Below, one piece after another: positions 38,938-47,933 of a stretch of DNA of 64,000 nt. Made by a program: the position numbers and the translations under genes. The stretch is taken from the NCBI GenBank assembly GCA_964549505.1, contig CAZJVD010000001.1:108719-172718 (forward strand), in the 5' to 3' direction. The notes below the pieces were generated by a model that worked only from the letters and a program-made list of their open reading frames with translations, was not told the DNA's origin and searched no databases. The DNA is from an uncultured Oligoflexia bacterium (GTDB lineage Bacteria; Bdellovibrionota; UBA1018; CAZJVD01). Positions within the stretch are counted from its first letter, which is position 1. Each line of letters starts with the position of its first letter.

Positions 38938-39474
38938 CTATTCCGATGCGGACCGAATCTGTGATGCCAGTTCAGCAAGCTCGCGCTTATCCGAAGCCAG
39001 TCGATCAAGCTTTCCAGCGACTTCTTCGAGCTTCGTTCGAGTCTGCTCCTTGCGCGCACGAATGTCGGCGAGCAAATCATTGAAATCGTCAGCGAGTTCT
39101 TGAAAGTGATCGGATTTTCGAAATGTTCCGGTCGACTCGTAGTTTCCTGTTTTTGCGGTTTCAATGAACTTGCGAAGTTTGTAAATGGGTCCAGCAATCT
39201 TGTGGGACATGAAAAGGCTGATCAGAAAGATCACGCCCATGAACACGACATGCAGAAGAATCAGAAGACGTAAGAACTCGGACTTGACCGAACGAAGTGT
39301 CTCCACATCGATGTTTGGCGTCGAACTGCGCGCAAACGCTATGAAGTATTCGAAAAGCGTGTGCGTGATCATTGGATAAACTGCACTCAGGGCAAGAATC
39401 CACGAGACGACAAAAAAGGAATACTTGATCTGGAACCCGCGGTTGACCAGGAGCACATTGCGGCGTTGGCGCAT
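38938..39474 (-). CDS. Membrane protein with two TM helices, HAMP-like linker and C-terminal coiled coil
   Basis: TM1 FFVVSWILALSAVYPMI and TM2 LLILLHVVFMGVIFLISLF. Followed by AGPIYKLRKFIETAKTGNY (HAMP-like amphipathic helix) and a heptad-rich tail. Confidence 0.5.
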   Translation of the reverse strand: MRQRRNVLLVNRGFQIKYSFFVVSWILALSAVYPMITHTLFEYFIAFARSSTPNIDVETLRSVKSEFLRLLILLHVVFMGVIFLISLFMSHKIAGPIYKLRKFIETAKTGNYESTGTFRKSDHFQELADDFNDLLADIRARKEQTRTKLEEVAGKLDRLASDKRELAELASQIRSASE

Positions 39475-39486
39475 AGGGTTAGTGTA

Positions 39487-39762
39487 TTACAGTTGAATGG
39501 TGTCGACAACACCCACGACGACGGCGTGCAACGGAAACGCCGACTCGGGTGTTTTCGACGCTACTTGGCGTGCCCCAGTGCCTTCCATAAGAATCAATAC
39601 TTTGTCGCCCGGGCCGGCATTCACCGTATCGAGCGCGATCAGTTCGCGAGCCCCCACTTGCTCAAAACCCGGATCGAGCTCCACACAGAGGTACGAACCC
39701 GGCGGTAACGACTCAAGTCGTGCTGTGGCAACTACGCGTTTTGTGACGTTACCCAACAGCAT
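39487..39762 (-). CDS. Bacterial microcompartment vertex protein BMC-P (EutN/CcmL/PduN family)
   Basis: MLLGNVTKRVVATARLESLPPGSYLCVELDPG...LHAVVVGVVDTIQL, the typical roughly 90 aa EutN_CcmL pattern. ATG at 39762 with a GGGGA RBS. The ORF-track start at 39801 would overlap the upstream BMC-P. Confidence 0.75.
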   Translation of the reverse strand: MLLGNVTKRVVATARLESLPPGSYLCVELDPGFEQVGARELIALDTVNAGPGDKVLILMEGTGARQVASKTPESAFPLHAVVVGVVDTIQL

Positions 39763-40033
39763 CGATAATCCCCGTAATCGCAGCGTCGACCGGAAAACCA
39801 TTTTCTACGCTAGCACCCTCACGACCGCGGTGAAGCGCCATCGAAGCTTCCCGTTTTGAGATCCATTGAACGAAATCACCCGTTCGTGCACCGATATCGT
39901 CCACGGCAATCACCGGATCTGCAGTCGGTTTCCCCAATGAATCGGTCGGAACGATCACTTTGAGGGCAACACCTCGAAGACTCTCAGTCTTCTGAGTCGC
40001 CACGACGGATCCTCGAACAACTCCAAAGTACAC
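39749..40033 (-). CDS. Bacterial microcompartment vertex protein BMC-P (EutN/CcmL/PduN family)
   Basis: MYFGVVRGSVVATQKTESLRGVALKVIVPTD...VDAAITGIIDAVG. Pentamer-family signature throughout. Confidence 0.8.
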   Translation of the reverse strand: MYFGVVRGSVVATQKTESLRGVALKVIVPTDSLGKPTADPVIAVDDIGARTGDFVQWISKREASMALHRGREGASVENGFPVDAAITGIIDAVG

Positions 40034-40042
40034 ACCAGCTCC

Positions 40043-40651
40043 TTACAAAAACTCGAGCGCTTCCGGCATCGGCCGAGCAATTTTTTCAATGCGCACGCGA
40101 CTCTGAAGCACCGTCAACTCATGATCCGCTGCTTCGATCGCAGCTTCGACAGCCTCAAGATCGCCGTGAATAACAAAAAACGCTTTGCCGCCGATTCCAT
40201 GTCCGAGCCGCAGCCTCACGAGATCCACGTCGGCCGCTTTAAGTGCGGCATCGCAAGCCACAATGGCAGCACCCAGCGTAGCGGACTCAACGATACCCAG
40301 CGACGATTCTGCCGGCGCCGTGCGGACAACGCCGTCCGCCTGGGTGAATGCACCAAGAAACGGTTCCAACCTAGGATGAACATTCGGTATCAGGATCTTC
40401 TGTAAAATATCGTCAGCACCCAGTTCGACTGCTTCTTTGAAACTCTCTTGAACTTCGGCAACGCCACCGAAAAAAACAAGGACATGCTTGCCAGACGACA
40501 CCGGGGTCGACGACAAAATCGTGACCGGCGCTTTTTTTACAACCTTGTCGGTGAGCACGAGACCGCTGGCAATGCTGCGAGTTTCGATCAGCGCAAGTGC
40601 CGGACTGGTGCCGAAGGCTCGTGCCGTCACCCGTGCCATCACCCGTGCCAT
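40043..40651 (-). CDS. Tandem-BMC-domain shell protein BMC-T (HO-type BMC-T1-like)
   Basis: Two BMC-fold halves: ALALIETRSIASGLVLTDKVVKKAPVTILSSTPVSSGKHVLVFFGGVAEVQESFKEAVELG and SLGIVESATLGAAIVACDAALKAADVDLVRLRLGHGIGGKAFFVIHGDLEAVEAAIEAA. Resembles my recollection of H. ochraceum BMC-T1. Confidence 0.65.
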   Translation of the reverse strand: MARVMARVTARAFGTSPALALIETRSIASGLVLTDKVVKKAPVTILSSTPVSSGKHVLVFFGGVAEVQESFKEAVELGADDILQKILIPNVHPRLEPFLGAFTQADGVVRTAPAESSLGIVESATLGAAIVACDAALKAADVDLVRLRLGHGIGGKAFFVIHGDLEAVEAAIEAADHELTVLQSRVRIEKIARPMPEALEFL

Positions 40652-42210
40652 CAGACGATCCTAAAGTGGTCTTTGAGTGTGCAGCGACGAATACGCGAGA
40701 ACGTCCGACACGTTGTCAGACCCTCTCCCGTGGGCGAGGCAATCGTAAACGATGTGTACCCCTCGCCCCCAAAGCCCAGCCCCGCAAAGTTCGGGGCGTT
40801 TTTAACGAAAATCGAAGTGTTGATCTCAACAGCCATTTTATGAAGATTGTCGATGTTCTTGCTGTACATCACAGCCGTGTGACCGTTGCCATGCTCAACC
40901 CGCTTTGCGGCAGCAATCGCCTCGTCAACAGTCTTCGTTCTGAAGATCGGAATAAGCGGCATGAGAAGCTCCGCCTGCACAAAGGGGTGATCTTCTTCGA
41001 CCTCACAGATCACAAGCCTGGGGTCACCGGAAACCCGCTTCCCAATCGCAGCCAAAAGAACCGAGGCGTTCTTGCCCACAAACTCTTTCGTCGGAAAAAA
41101 GCCACACGTCCCTGCTTCGCCCTTCGGCGTTCCATGCCGCTCACCTTGAATGACGATCTTCTCAAGTTCGCGCGTCTCCCGCGCCGTCAGAAGAACCGCG
41201 CCGTTTCTCTGGAGACGCTCCACCAACTCATCCGCAATGCTTGAAACAGCGACGACTTCTTTCTCGTCGGTACAGATGATGTTGTTGTCAAACGAAGCGC
41301 CCGCGACAATTCCGCGCGCCGCTTGTTCGAGATCGGCGGTCTCATCCACCACAACTGGGGGATTGCCGGGACCTCCAGCGATTACTTTTTTTCCGCTCGC
41401 CATCGCGACGCGAACGACAGCGGGACCACCGGTCACCACGAGGAGTCGTACGCCAGGATGCTTCATGAGCGCTTGGGCACTCTCCATCGTCGGCTCTTCA
41501 ACAGCCGTCAGTACTCCGCGCGGACCGCCCGACGCCACGATCACATGATCCATGAGTTCCATCGCACGAAACGAAACTTTCTTAGCGGATGGGTGCGGGT
41601 TGAAAACAACTGCGTTTCCAGCCGAAATCATCGAAATGCCGTTATTGATGACCGTCTCACTTGGATTGGTCGTCGGCGTGATCGAACCGATCACACCATA
41701 GGGAGCATATTCAGTGAGTGTGAGACCTTCATCGCCGGTGACCACAGCCGCATCTAAGAACTCCGGACCAGGCGTCTTATTGATGACGAGTAAATTCTTT
41801 TTGATCTTATCTTCGAGACGACCGAGGCCTGTTTCCTCAACGGCCATTCTGGAAAGCTCCTCGGCATGCTTGCGAAGAACAGCGCGAATATCCGAAACAA
41901 TCGCTTTACGCTTTTCGAGCGGCAGCGCAACCCAAGCGGGTTGTGCCTTTCGAGCAGCATCGACAGCGGCATCGAGCGTCGCGTGGGTAACAGTCGAAGA
42001 CGTCGTGCGATTGGAAACCGCCACGGTTGCCGTTTTAAGAACGCGCGGTCCAAAACTACTCGACGGTCCGGATTCGCTCGTGCGCGATGGCATAGAAAAT
42101 GGCGACTTCGGTAACCCGACCCCTGGCTGCGCCATCAGCCGAGCCGCGACGGCCTCGGCCAGCGCGTCTACGTCACGAGCAATCTCTTCGGGACCGTACT
42201 CGGTACTCAT
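40651..42210 (-). CDS. CoA-acylating aldehyde dehydrogenase (EutE/PduP-type, BMC-associated) with N-terminal encapsulation-peptide-like extension
   Basis: 519 aa ALDH-superfamily pattern ([42 protein letters not shown] with catalytic Cys in IICT). Embedded among shell genes. N-terminal amphipathic helix [19 protein letters not shown] plus a roughly 50 aa S/P/G-rich linker. Confidence 0.85.
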   Translation of the reverse strand: MSTEYGPEEIARDVDALAEAVAARLMAQPGVGLPKSPFSMPSRTSESGPSSSFGPRVLKTATVAVSNRTTSSTVTHATLDAAVDAARKAQPAWVALPLEKRKAIVSDIRAVLRKHAEELSRMAVEETGLGRLEDKIKKNLLVINKTPGPEFLDAAVVTGDEGLTLTEYAPYGVIGSITPTTNPSETVINNGISMISAGNAVVFNPHPSAKKVSFRAMELMDHVIVASGGPRGVLTAVEEPTMESAQALMKHPGVRLLVVTGGPAVVRVAMASGKKVIAGGPGNPPVVVDETADLEQAARGIVAGASFDNNIICTDEKEVVAVSSIADELVERLQRNGAVLLTARETRELEKIVIQGERHGTPKGEAGTCGFFPTKEFVGKNASVLLAAIGKRVSGDPRLVICEVEEDHPFVQAELLMPLIPIFRTKTVDEAIAAAKRVEHGNGHTAVMYSKNIDNLHKMAVEINTSIFVKNAPNFAGLGFGGEGYTSFTIASPTGEGLTTCRTFSRIRRCTLKDHFRIV

Positions 42211-42497
42211 TTACGAAACGTCGTCTCCCCACCCATTTCAACGGTGTCGACAATTGCCATGATGACCGCATCGACCGGTGTATTTTTCGTGGCATCAGTC
42301 TGGCGTGCGCTAGAACCCGAACAGTAGAGGACGACTTCCCCTACGCCAGCACCTACGGTGTCGACTGCCACAACGAACGAACCCTTTTTAGGAACACCCG
42401 TCATGTCCGTCGGCTCGACCAAAAGAAGTGTGGTGCCGGAGAGTCGTGGGTCTTTTCGGGACGCAACGACCGTTCCCGTGACTCGACCTAAATTCAT
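42207..42497 (-). CDS. Bacterial microcompartment vertex protein BMC-P (EutN/CcmL/PduN family)
   Basis: [29 protein letters not shown]...[13 protein letters not shown] EutN_CcmL pattern. Its stop/start overlaps the AldDH start. Confidence 0.8.
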   Translation of the reverse strand: MNLGRVTGTVVASRKDPRLSGTTLLLVEPTDMTGVPKKGSFVVAVDTVGAGVGEVVLYCSGSSARQTDATKNTPVDAVIMAIVDTVEMGGETTFRK

Positions 42498-42506
42498 AAA
42501 ATCAGC

Positions 42507-42851
42507 TTAGTTATCGAGCTGAGAACCGAGTGCAGGCTTCTTGCGGCCTGAGGCAGCCACGACTTCACCGCGACCGAGCGGCAACACCGCATCGACATTC
42601 GCATGAGGACGCGGAATCACGTGGACGCTGACAAGCTCGCCGACTTTTTCAGCGGCACGCTGACCAGCTTCGACCGCAGCTTTTACAGCCGCGACGTCAC
42701 CACGAACGACCGCGGTCACATAACCACCACCGATTTTTTCGTAGCGAACGATCTCAACACGCGCGGCTTTCACCATCGCGTCCGAAGCTTCGACAAGTCC
42801 CACAAACCCTTTTGTTTCAATCATTCCGAGAGCGTCAGTCATAACGTTCAC
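42507..42851 (-). CDS. Hexameric shell protein BMC-H (PduA/CcmK-like) with about 25 aa C-terminal extension
   Basis: [77 protein letters not shown] is a canonical single BMC (Pfam00936) domain. Tail [30 protein letters not shown]. Confidence 0.85.
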   Translation of the reverse strand: MNVMTDALGMIETKGFVGLVEASDAMVKAARVEIVRYEKIGGGYVTAVVRGDVAAVKAAVEAGQRAAEKVGELVSVHVIPRPHANVDAVLPLGRGEVVAASGRKKPALGSQLDN

Positions 42852-43477
42852 TTCTTCCTTTCATCAATCCCCGTAAGATTTTCGATCGCACGCATCGCTG
42901 CCTTCGCGGCTTCATCGATGTCCGCCTCAGGTCCCATCAACGTCAAACGTCCGAACGCACCAAACGCACGAATATCGACCAGCGTAACTTGCGCGGCCTT
43001 TTCCGCTTCGTTCGCAGCGTAGACGATGTAACCGGCCGGATCGGTCTCTAAGATGAACATGCTATAGCCCGGCAAAATCATCGAACCACGTCGGCCTTGA
43101 CGGTTGATGACAACAGCATGGTCAGGTGTCACAGCGCGAATGGTTTCGTTCCAGGCCACTCGGCACTTCACGCGCTGCTTTTCTTCGAGCTCGAGACTGC
43201 GCAACACGGCGGCGCCGGCCTGCAGTACCTCTCCTTGATCTTCGTGGTGAACTTCCATCGTACCGAAAGCGCGCTCAACGACTTGCTGACCAAGTCGGAC
43301 GCGTGTGGCTTTCAAAGCGACATCGGTCACGCGGTGGATCGCCATACCCGGCGCGATTTCCACCCAAAGAACTGCGTCTTCGGGAATCGGCAGAAACCCT
43401 TGCGATGTCGTGCCGAGAAACTCTGCAAGTTGCGGTTGGAGTGAATCAATAAAAACGTATGTTCGAAGGTTAATCAC
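42848..43477 (-). CDS. Tandem-BMC-domain shell protein BMC-T (HO-type BMC-T2/T3-like)
   Basis: N-terminus [22 protein letters not shown]... closely matches my recollection of the H. ochraceum BMC-T2/T3 N-termini (LRTYIFLDALQPQLA). Two BMC-like halves ([30 protein letters not shown]... and [46 protein letters not shown]). Confidence 0.6.
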   Translation of the reverse strand: MINLRTYVFIDSLQPQLAEFLGTTSQGFLPIPEDAVLWVEIAPGMAIHRVTDVALKATRVRLGQQVVERAFGTMEVHHEDQGEVLQAGAAVLRSLELEEKQRVKCRVAWNETIRAVTPDHAVVINRQGRRGSMILPGYSMFILETDPAGYIVYAANEAEKAAQVTLVDIRAFGAFGRLTLMGPEADIDEAAKAAMRAIENLTGIDERKK

Positions 43478-43622
43478 AAATCAAAATCCCCAACGGGGTG
43501 TAACGCCTTGGTGTGACTGAGTCAAGCAACGTCATGGTCATGAGATAGCGCGTCATTCGCGTCGCACGGTCGCATCGCAAGGTCTCTTTTGTGGTTTCTT
43601 TTGTGGCATAATCGCAGAACCC

Positions 43623-45152
43623 GTGACGAATCTCGAAGCTCCTACCCTCGTTTCTCGCCTCCTCTACAGTTTCCGTAGAGGATTTCTGCTTTTCACACTG
43701 CCGGTCCTCTTCGAGCAACAGGCCTCAGCGGTCTCAGAGCCCGCTCTCCTTCGAGTCGGAGTCACCGAGGAGCCCAAAACTCTCAACTGGCTCGAAGCAC
43801 GCTCTCAAGCAGATCGCACGATCGCCCCCTTCCTCGTTCGGTCGCTTCTCAAGCTCGATCGGCGTGGTGATCTCATCTGTGATCTTTGCACCGAGTTTCA
43901 TTTTGAGTCGGAGACGGACGGCTCGGCTATCGTGCGCGCGACACTTCAAGAGAGTGTTCGGTGGACGGATGGTTCCGCACTCGTCGCAAAGAATTTTGTC
44001 GACGCGTTCGAAACGTTGAAAACCGTCAAGCCGCCATGGACGACGTGGAATGAACTCTACCGGTCGGCCACCGCTTCATCACCAAAGAATCTCGAGATAC
44101 GCATCACCAAGCCCAATCGGTCCTTTTTGTACTGGCTGACCCTTCCTGTGTCGGCACCGATTCGTTCACGTACGTCAAAAGGTAGCGACATCAGTTTTGG
44201 ACAGAATGTGATTGGACCGTTTCTGGTCGCTGAATGGCAGCGCGGAAAGCGTATCGTTTTAGAAGCCAACCCGTCGCACGCCAGTGCACGACCCGTTTAT
44301 CGAATCGAATTCTGGATCGCACCAAAGGACAAACTCCTCACAATGTTTCGCAAAGGTCGTATCGATGTCTATCCCGACCCGACGACGTTAGAGATCATGG
44401 ACAAGTCCGCTGCAAAAGTGCAGGTCAACGCACTTCTGTCCCTGCGCTGGTTGGTTTTCAACCACCGCACGCCACTGCTGCAGGAGGCGGGACTTCGTCG
44501 TGCCATCACACGAGTACTCCCGCGCGAAGAACTCGCCGGAGTTTTAAAAACAGGTGATCGCTCGAGTGCTGGGTTTATTCCACCTGGCGTGCAAGGTTTT
44601 CATCGGACGAGTCCGCTGTCCCGGGATCTCGACCAAGCTCGCTCCGAACGCTTTCGCACGTTTCGGACGAAAGAACCGCTGAAACTAGGGCTTACGTTTC
44701 GAGAAGACATGGTCTCTCGTGAGATTGCAGAGTGGACGCGGAACGAACTTGCCAACATTCAAATCGAAGTTCTTTTGAAACCACGGAGTGAAAAAGACCT
44801 GAAAGAGGATCTCGATGCCCGTCAGTTTGACCTCGCTCTCACGACGTTTAACTTTCAAACCATGGACCCACTGGAGCTCCTCTCGATGTTTCAGAGTCAG
44901 AGCCCGCTCAATCTACCGGGCGTAAAAAATGTTCGCATCGATACGCTCCTCACGCAGCTGTATCGAGAGACTGATCTGACGAAACGCGAAGCGCTTCTCG
45001 GCGACCTACTGACTGCACTCGAAGTCGACGAAGCCGTATCGTTTCCGCTTACGTATCCTGCGCAAGGATTTTTGCTCGGCAGTCGGGTCAAAAGCTTTCC
45101 CGCGACACCCTTCGGAAATCCCGATTGGACGCAAGTGCAGCTCACACCCTAA
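43623..45152 (+). CDS. ABC-transporter substrate-binding protein, family 5 (peptide/nickel/opine type), orphan
   Basis: About 510 aa with an SBP_bac_5-like pattern (LLRVGVTEEPKTLNWLEA..., ...NPSHASARPVYRIEFWIAPKD...). N-terminal hydrophobic signal. No permease or ATPase gene adjacent. Transcribed divergently from the BMC operon. Confidence 0.65.
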   Translation: MTNLEAPTLVSRLLYSFRRGFLLFTLPVLFEQQASAVSEPALLRVGVTEEPKTLNWLEARSQADRTIAPFLVRSLLKLDRRGDLICDLCTEFHFESETDGSAIVRATLQESVRWTDGSALVAKNFVDAFETLKTVKPPWTTWNELYRSATASSPKNLEIRITKPNRSFLYWLTLPVSAPIRSRTSKGSDISFGQNVIGPFLVAEWQRGKRIVLEANPSHASARPVYRIEFWIAPKDKLLTMFRKGRIDVYPDPTTLEIMDKSAAKVQVNALLSLRWLVFNHRTPLLQEAGLRRAITRVLPREELAGVLKTGDRSSAGFIPPGVQGFHRTSPLSRDLDQARSERFRTFRTKEPLKLGLTFREDMVSREIAEWTRNELANIQIEVLLKPRSEKDLKEDLDARQFDLALTTFNFQTMDPLELLSMFQSQSPLNLPGVKNVRIDTLLTQLYRETDLTKREALLGDLLTALEVDEAVSFPLTYPAQGFLLGSRVKSFPATPFGNPDWTQVQLTP

Positions 45153-45159
45153 ACGCGCC

Positions 45160-46239
45160 TTAGTACTTTATCGTGTCTTTGTGTTTCTCAACGATCTTCT
45201 GAATACTACCGACGTCGAACACGATGTTCGGATAGTTGTCGACCGCGACTTCTCGTTTTTCCTGTGTCGGCAACCGAGCGTTGAACTCGAAACTGACGAG
45301 ATTTTCCTTGTCGCTTCCATACATCACCATTCGTCGACCCAAGGGATGCACCACATGATACGAGCGCAACGCGACGACGCCACTTACCTTGCCAGACGCA
45401 AGATCAATATCGAGTTTACGGATATCTTTGAGACGTTCGTTTCCGTTAACAAGGCCGTCCAGGTAACTCATCACGTCTTCACGTAGAGCACCGATCGTTA
45501 ACAGGTTAAACGGCGGATCGATCTTGGGACTTTCTGGCTTGACCTCTCCCAATGCCCCGATCGACTGCGTTCCATTATTTTCGAGCAGCTGCTGCTGCGT
45601 CTTCTCCAAAGCGGCATCAAGGTTACGCTTCTGAGGTTCTGAGGAAGTTTCTTGTCGTACGGCCGTCAATCGATCGAGGCGCCGCTGGAGGGCCGCTCCG
45701 GACTCCGAAACAAGCGTTGCAGGATCTTTAACCTCTGCGGGGGGCCTTGCCATCGCACCATAGTCCGTCAAGAGCGTGCTGATTTTCATAACACCGGCCT
45801 GAGCTCCTTCGGTCTGATAAATAGGCCTTTGGCTCTGCGAAACGAGAAACCCGAGTGCGTCCTCGTTAAAAAAACCGTCCTTCGCCTGCACATCGACTCC
45901 GTTGTCGAGAAAAGCCCGAAGCAATCGGGTGTCGACATTTCCTTCGGGCGTCACCGTATCGAGAGTGAGTCGAACCGCTTGATGTAGGAAGGGAACTGTC
46001 CACTGCGGGTCGTACGTCGGGGCCGGCGAGAAGACCCCATTAAGGTGGCCTCCAGCACCCCTTTCAACGGTGCTCGTGATCTCCTGAATCCGTTCATCCA
46101 TCGAAACGCGCGGATCCAAAAGAATGCGCGACAGATACTGGTTCCAAGCATTCGGAACCGGTGTCTCAATCTGCTGAGAAACGGAAGCAAACGGAAGAAA
46201 CAAAACAATGCCAATAAAAGCTGAACGTAGGACAGACAT
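45160..46239 (-). CDS. Secreted hypothetical protein (360 aa)
   Basis: ATG at 46239 with an AAGAGG RBS and signal peptide MSVLRSAFIGIVLFLPFASVSQQ. The 454-codon track ORF would run through the tRNA gene and is trimmed. Confidence 0.4.
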   Translation of the reverse strand: MSVLRSAFIGIVLFLPFASVSQQIETPVPNAWNQYLSRILLDPRVSMDERIQEITSTVERGAGGHLNGVFSPAPTYDPQWTVPFLHQAVRLTLDTVTPEGNVDTRLLRAFLDNGVDVQAKDGFFNEDALGFLVSQSQRPIYQTEGAQAGVMKISTLLTDYGAMARPPAEVKDPATLVSESGAALQRRLDRLTAVRQETSSEPQKRNLDAALEKTQQQLLENNGTQSIGALGEVKPESPKIDPPFNLLTIGALREDVMSYLDGLVNGNERLKDIRKLDIDLASGKVSGVVALRSYHVVHPLGRRMVMYGSDKENLVSFEFNARLPTQEKREVAVDNYPNIVFDVGSIQKIVEKHKDTIKY

Positions 46240-46358
46240 GACAACCTCTTTCCTTAGATACGGTCTACCGCTCTTTTGAGTAGCGAACCCGATTGAGCTG
46301 CAAGACATGTTCCCGGGTAGACAAAAGACATCAGCTTTTGTAAGGTATTCAAAACTGT

Positions 46359-46433
46359 TCAGGAGTAGCTCAGTGGTAGAGCAACCGGCTGTTAACCGGT
46401 TGGTCGGGGGTTCGAATCCCTCCTCCTGAGCCA
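46359..46433 (+). tRNA. tRNA-Asn (anticodon GTT)
   Basis: Cloverleaf read by hand. Acceptor TCAGGAG/CTCCTGA. D-arm TAGCTCAGTGGTAGAGCA. Anticodon stem ACCGG/CCGGT with loop CTGTTAA. T-arm GGGGG-TTCGAAT-CCCTC. Discriminator G plus CCA. Confidence 0.85.
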
Positions 46434-46472
46434 TATCTTTTTTATCCGGACCCGCGACCCGTAGCACCCCAT

Positions 46473-47933
46473 ATGCATGCACCGAATCCGAACTCCACGC
46501 TTCTTGATTCACCGGATCTTTCACTTGAAATCAGCTCTGAGAATCTCGAAAGTCAAACTCAGCAGACTCTAAAATACGTTTCTACTCTTTTTAAGACTCT
46601 CAGTTCTCAAAAGGTCAGCTTCCCTTCCGATTTCAAAACTCTCCAAAAACTCTTTTCCGGAAAAATCCCTAGCAAGGGAACATCCTTTGACTCCCTTTTA
46701 ACGATGATTTTCGAAAAGGCTGCGCCCACTGGGATCAACATTACGAGTCCTGGTTATATGGCTTACATGCCGATTGGATGCATTTCCGAGTCTGTCATTG
46801 CGGAATTCATAACGGCAGCGATCAATCGATGGCCTGGATATTACGAGTTTGCTCCAGCGTTTATTGAAATCGAGAAATCCGTCGTTAGATGGCTTTGCGA
46901 AATGATGGGGATGCCTGAAGGGTCCTCGGGAATTCTTACTTCGGGAGGTTCGTTGGCAAATTTTGCTGCCGTCCACACCGCGAGAGTGATTAAACTGCCA
47001 GAAAATTTTTCGTCGGGTGTGCTTTATGCTTCAGACCAAACTCACCACTCCATCACAAGAGCCGCTCGCCTTGCAGGATTTCCAAAAGCAAACGTTCGAA
47101 CGGTTCCCACTGACAGCGCGTGCCGTATTGAGATCGAAGCATTAAGGAAGATGATTCGAACCGATCGAACGAACGGGCTTATGCCCTTTCTTCTGGTGGC
47201 GAACGCGGGAACTATTAATACGGGAGCCGTCGATGACCTTGAGGCTCTGTCTAAAGTTTGCGCGGAAGAAAACATGTGGTTTCATATCGACGCTGCTTGG
47301 GCCGGAACATTTCGGCTTACGGATCACGGGAAAAAGCTGATGCGTGGTACTGAAAACGCTGATTCGATTACGATTGATCCCCATAAGGCGCTTTATATTC
47401 CCTTCGGTACCGGTGCACTTCTTGTAAAGGATGTTCGAACACTAAAGAAAGCTCATACAACCGATGCCGTCTATCTTCCCGACGATCAGGAAGACCTCGA
47501 GATCATTAATCCTTCTCATATTAGCCCCGAACTGAGTCGAAACCTTCGAGGTCTTCAGACCTGGCTTCCCATTAAGGTTCACGGCATCACACCGTTTAAA
47601 AACAACATGGAAGAAAAGCTTCAGCTGACTCTTTGGGCTACCGAGCAACTCAGGAAGATTCCTCGGTTGTCGATCGTCACTGAACCACAACTCGCTATTG
47701 TTACGTTTACGTACGACGGGAAAAATATCCCGCAGGATAAGACTGACGAGATTAACAAAGCCATTATCGCTAAAGTAAATAGCGACGGCCGCGTTTTGAT
47801 TTCAGGAACGACCATCAAGAATCGGTTCGTTATTCGTCTCGTACCGTTTGGACTTCGAACACATAAGCCATCCGTTCAACTCGCTCTGGACTTGCTACGA
47901 AAGGCTTTTGAGGGGATTGAATCAAATGGCTGA
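46473..47933 (+). CDS. Pyridoxal-phosphate-dependent group II decarboxylase (aromatic-L-amino-acid / glutamate decarboxylase family)
   Basis: 486 aa. ...ILTSGGSLANFAAVHTAR..., DAAWAG, and the PLP lysine context SITIDPHKALYIPFGTGALLV typical of Pyridoxal_deC. Confidence 0.8.
   Translation: MHAPNPNSTLLDSPDLSLEISSENLESQTQQTLKYVSTLFKTLSSQKVSFPSDFKTLQKLFSGKIPSKGTSFDSLLTMIFEKAAPTGINITSPGYMAYMPIGCISESVIAEFITAAINRWPGYYEFAPAFIEIEKSVVRWLCEMMGMPEGSSGILTSGGSLANFAAVHTARVIKLPENFSSGVLYASDQTHHSITRAARLAGFPKANVRTVPTDSACRIEIEALRKMIRTDRTNGLMPFLLVANAGTINTGAVDDLEALSKVCAEENMWFHIDAAWAGTFRLTDHGKKLMRGTENADSITIDPHKALYIPFGTGALLVKDVRTLKKAHTTDAVYLPDDQEDLEIINPSHISPELSRNLRGLQTWLPIKVHGITPFKNNMEEKLQLTLWATEQLRKIPRLSIVTEPQLAIVTFTYDGKNIPQDKTDEINKAIIAKVNSDGRVLISGTTIKNRFVIRLVPFGLRTHKPSVQLALDLLRKAFEGIESNG

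Noticed and set aside
42848-43477. This ORF as the PduL-type phosphotransacylase that usually accompanies BMC aldehyde dehydrogenases
   Set aside because: It lacks the His-rich metal motifs and the duplicated PF06130 pattern. Its two Gly/Ala-rich halves (...[25 protein letters not shown]...) read as BMC folds instead. The N-terminus matches what I recall of the HO-type BMC-T2/T3.
43581-43612. The direct repeats as a CRISPR array
   Set aside because: Only two copies of a 9-bp motif with a 3-bp spacer. There are no cas genes and no regular spacer length.
45160-46524. 454-codon version of the secreted-protein ORF
   Set aside because: The upstream 95 codons run through the tRNA-Asn gene on the opposite strand. 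The internal ATG at 46239 has a good RBS and a signal peptide, so the ORF was trimmed.
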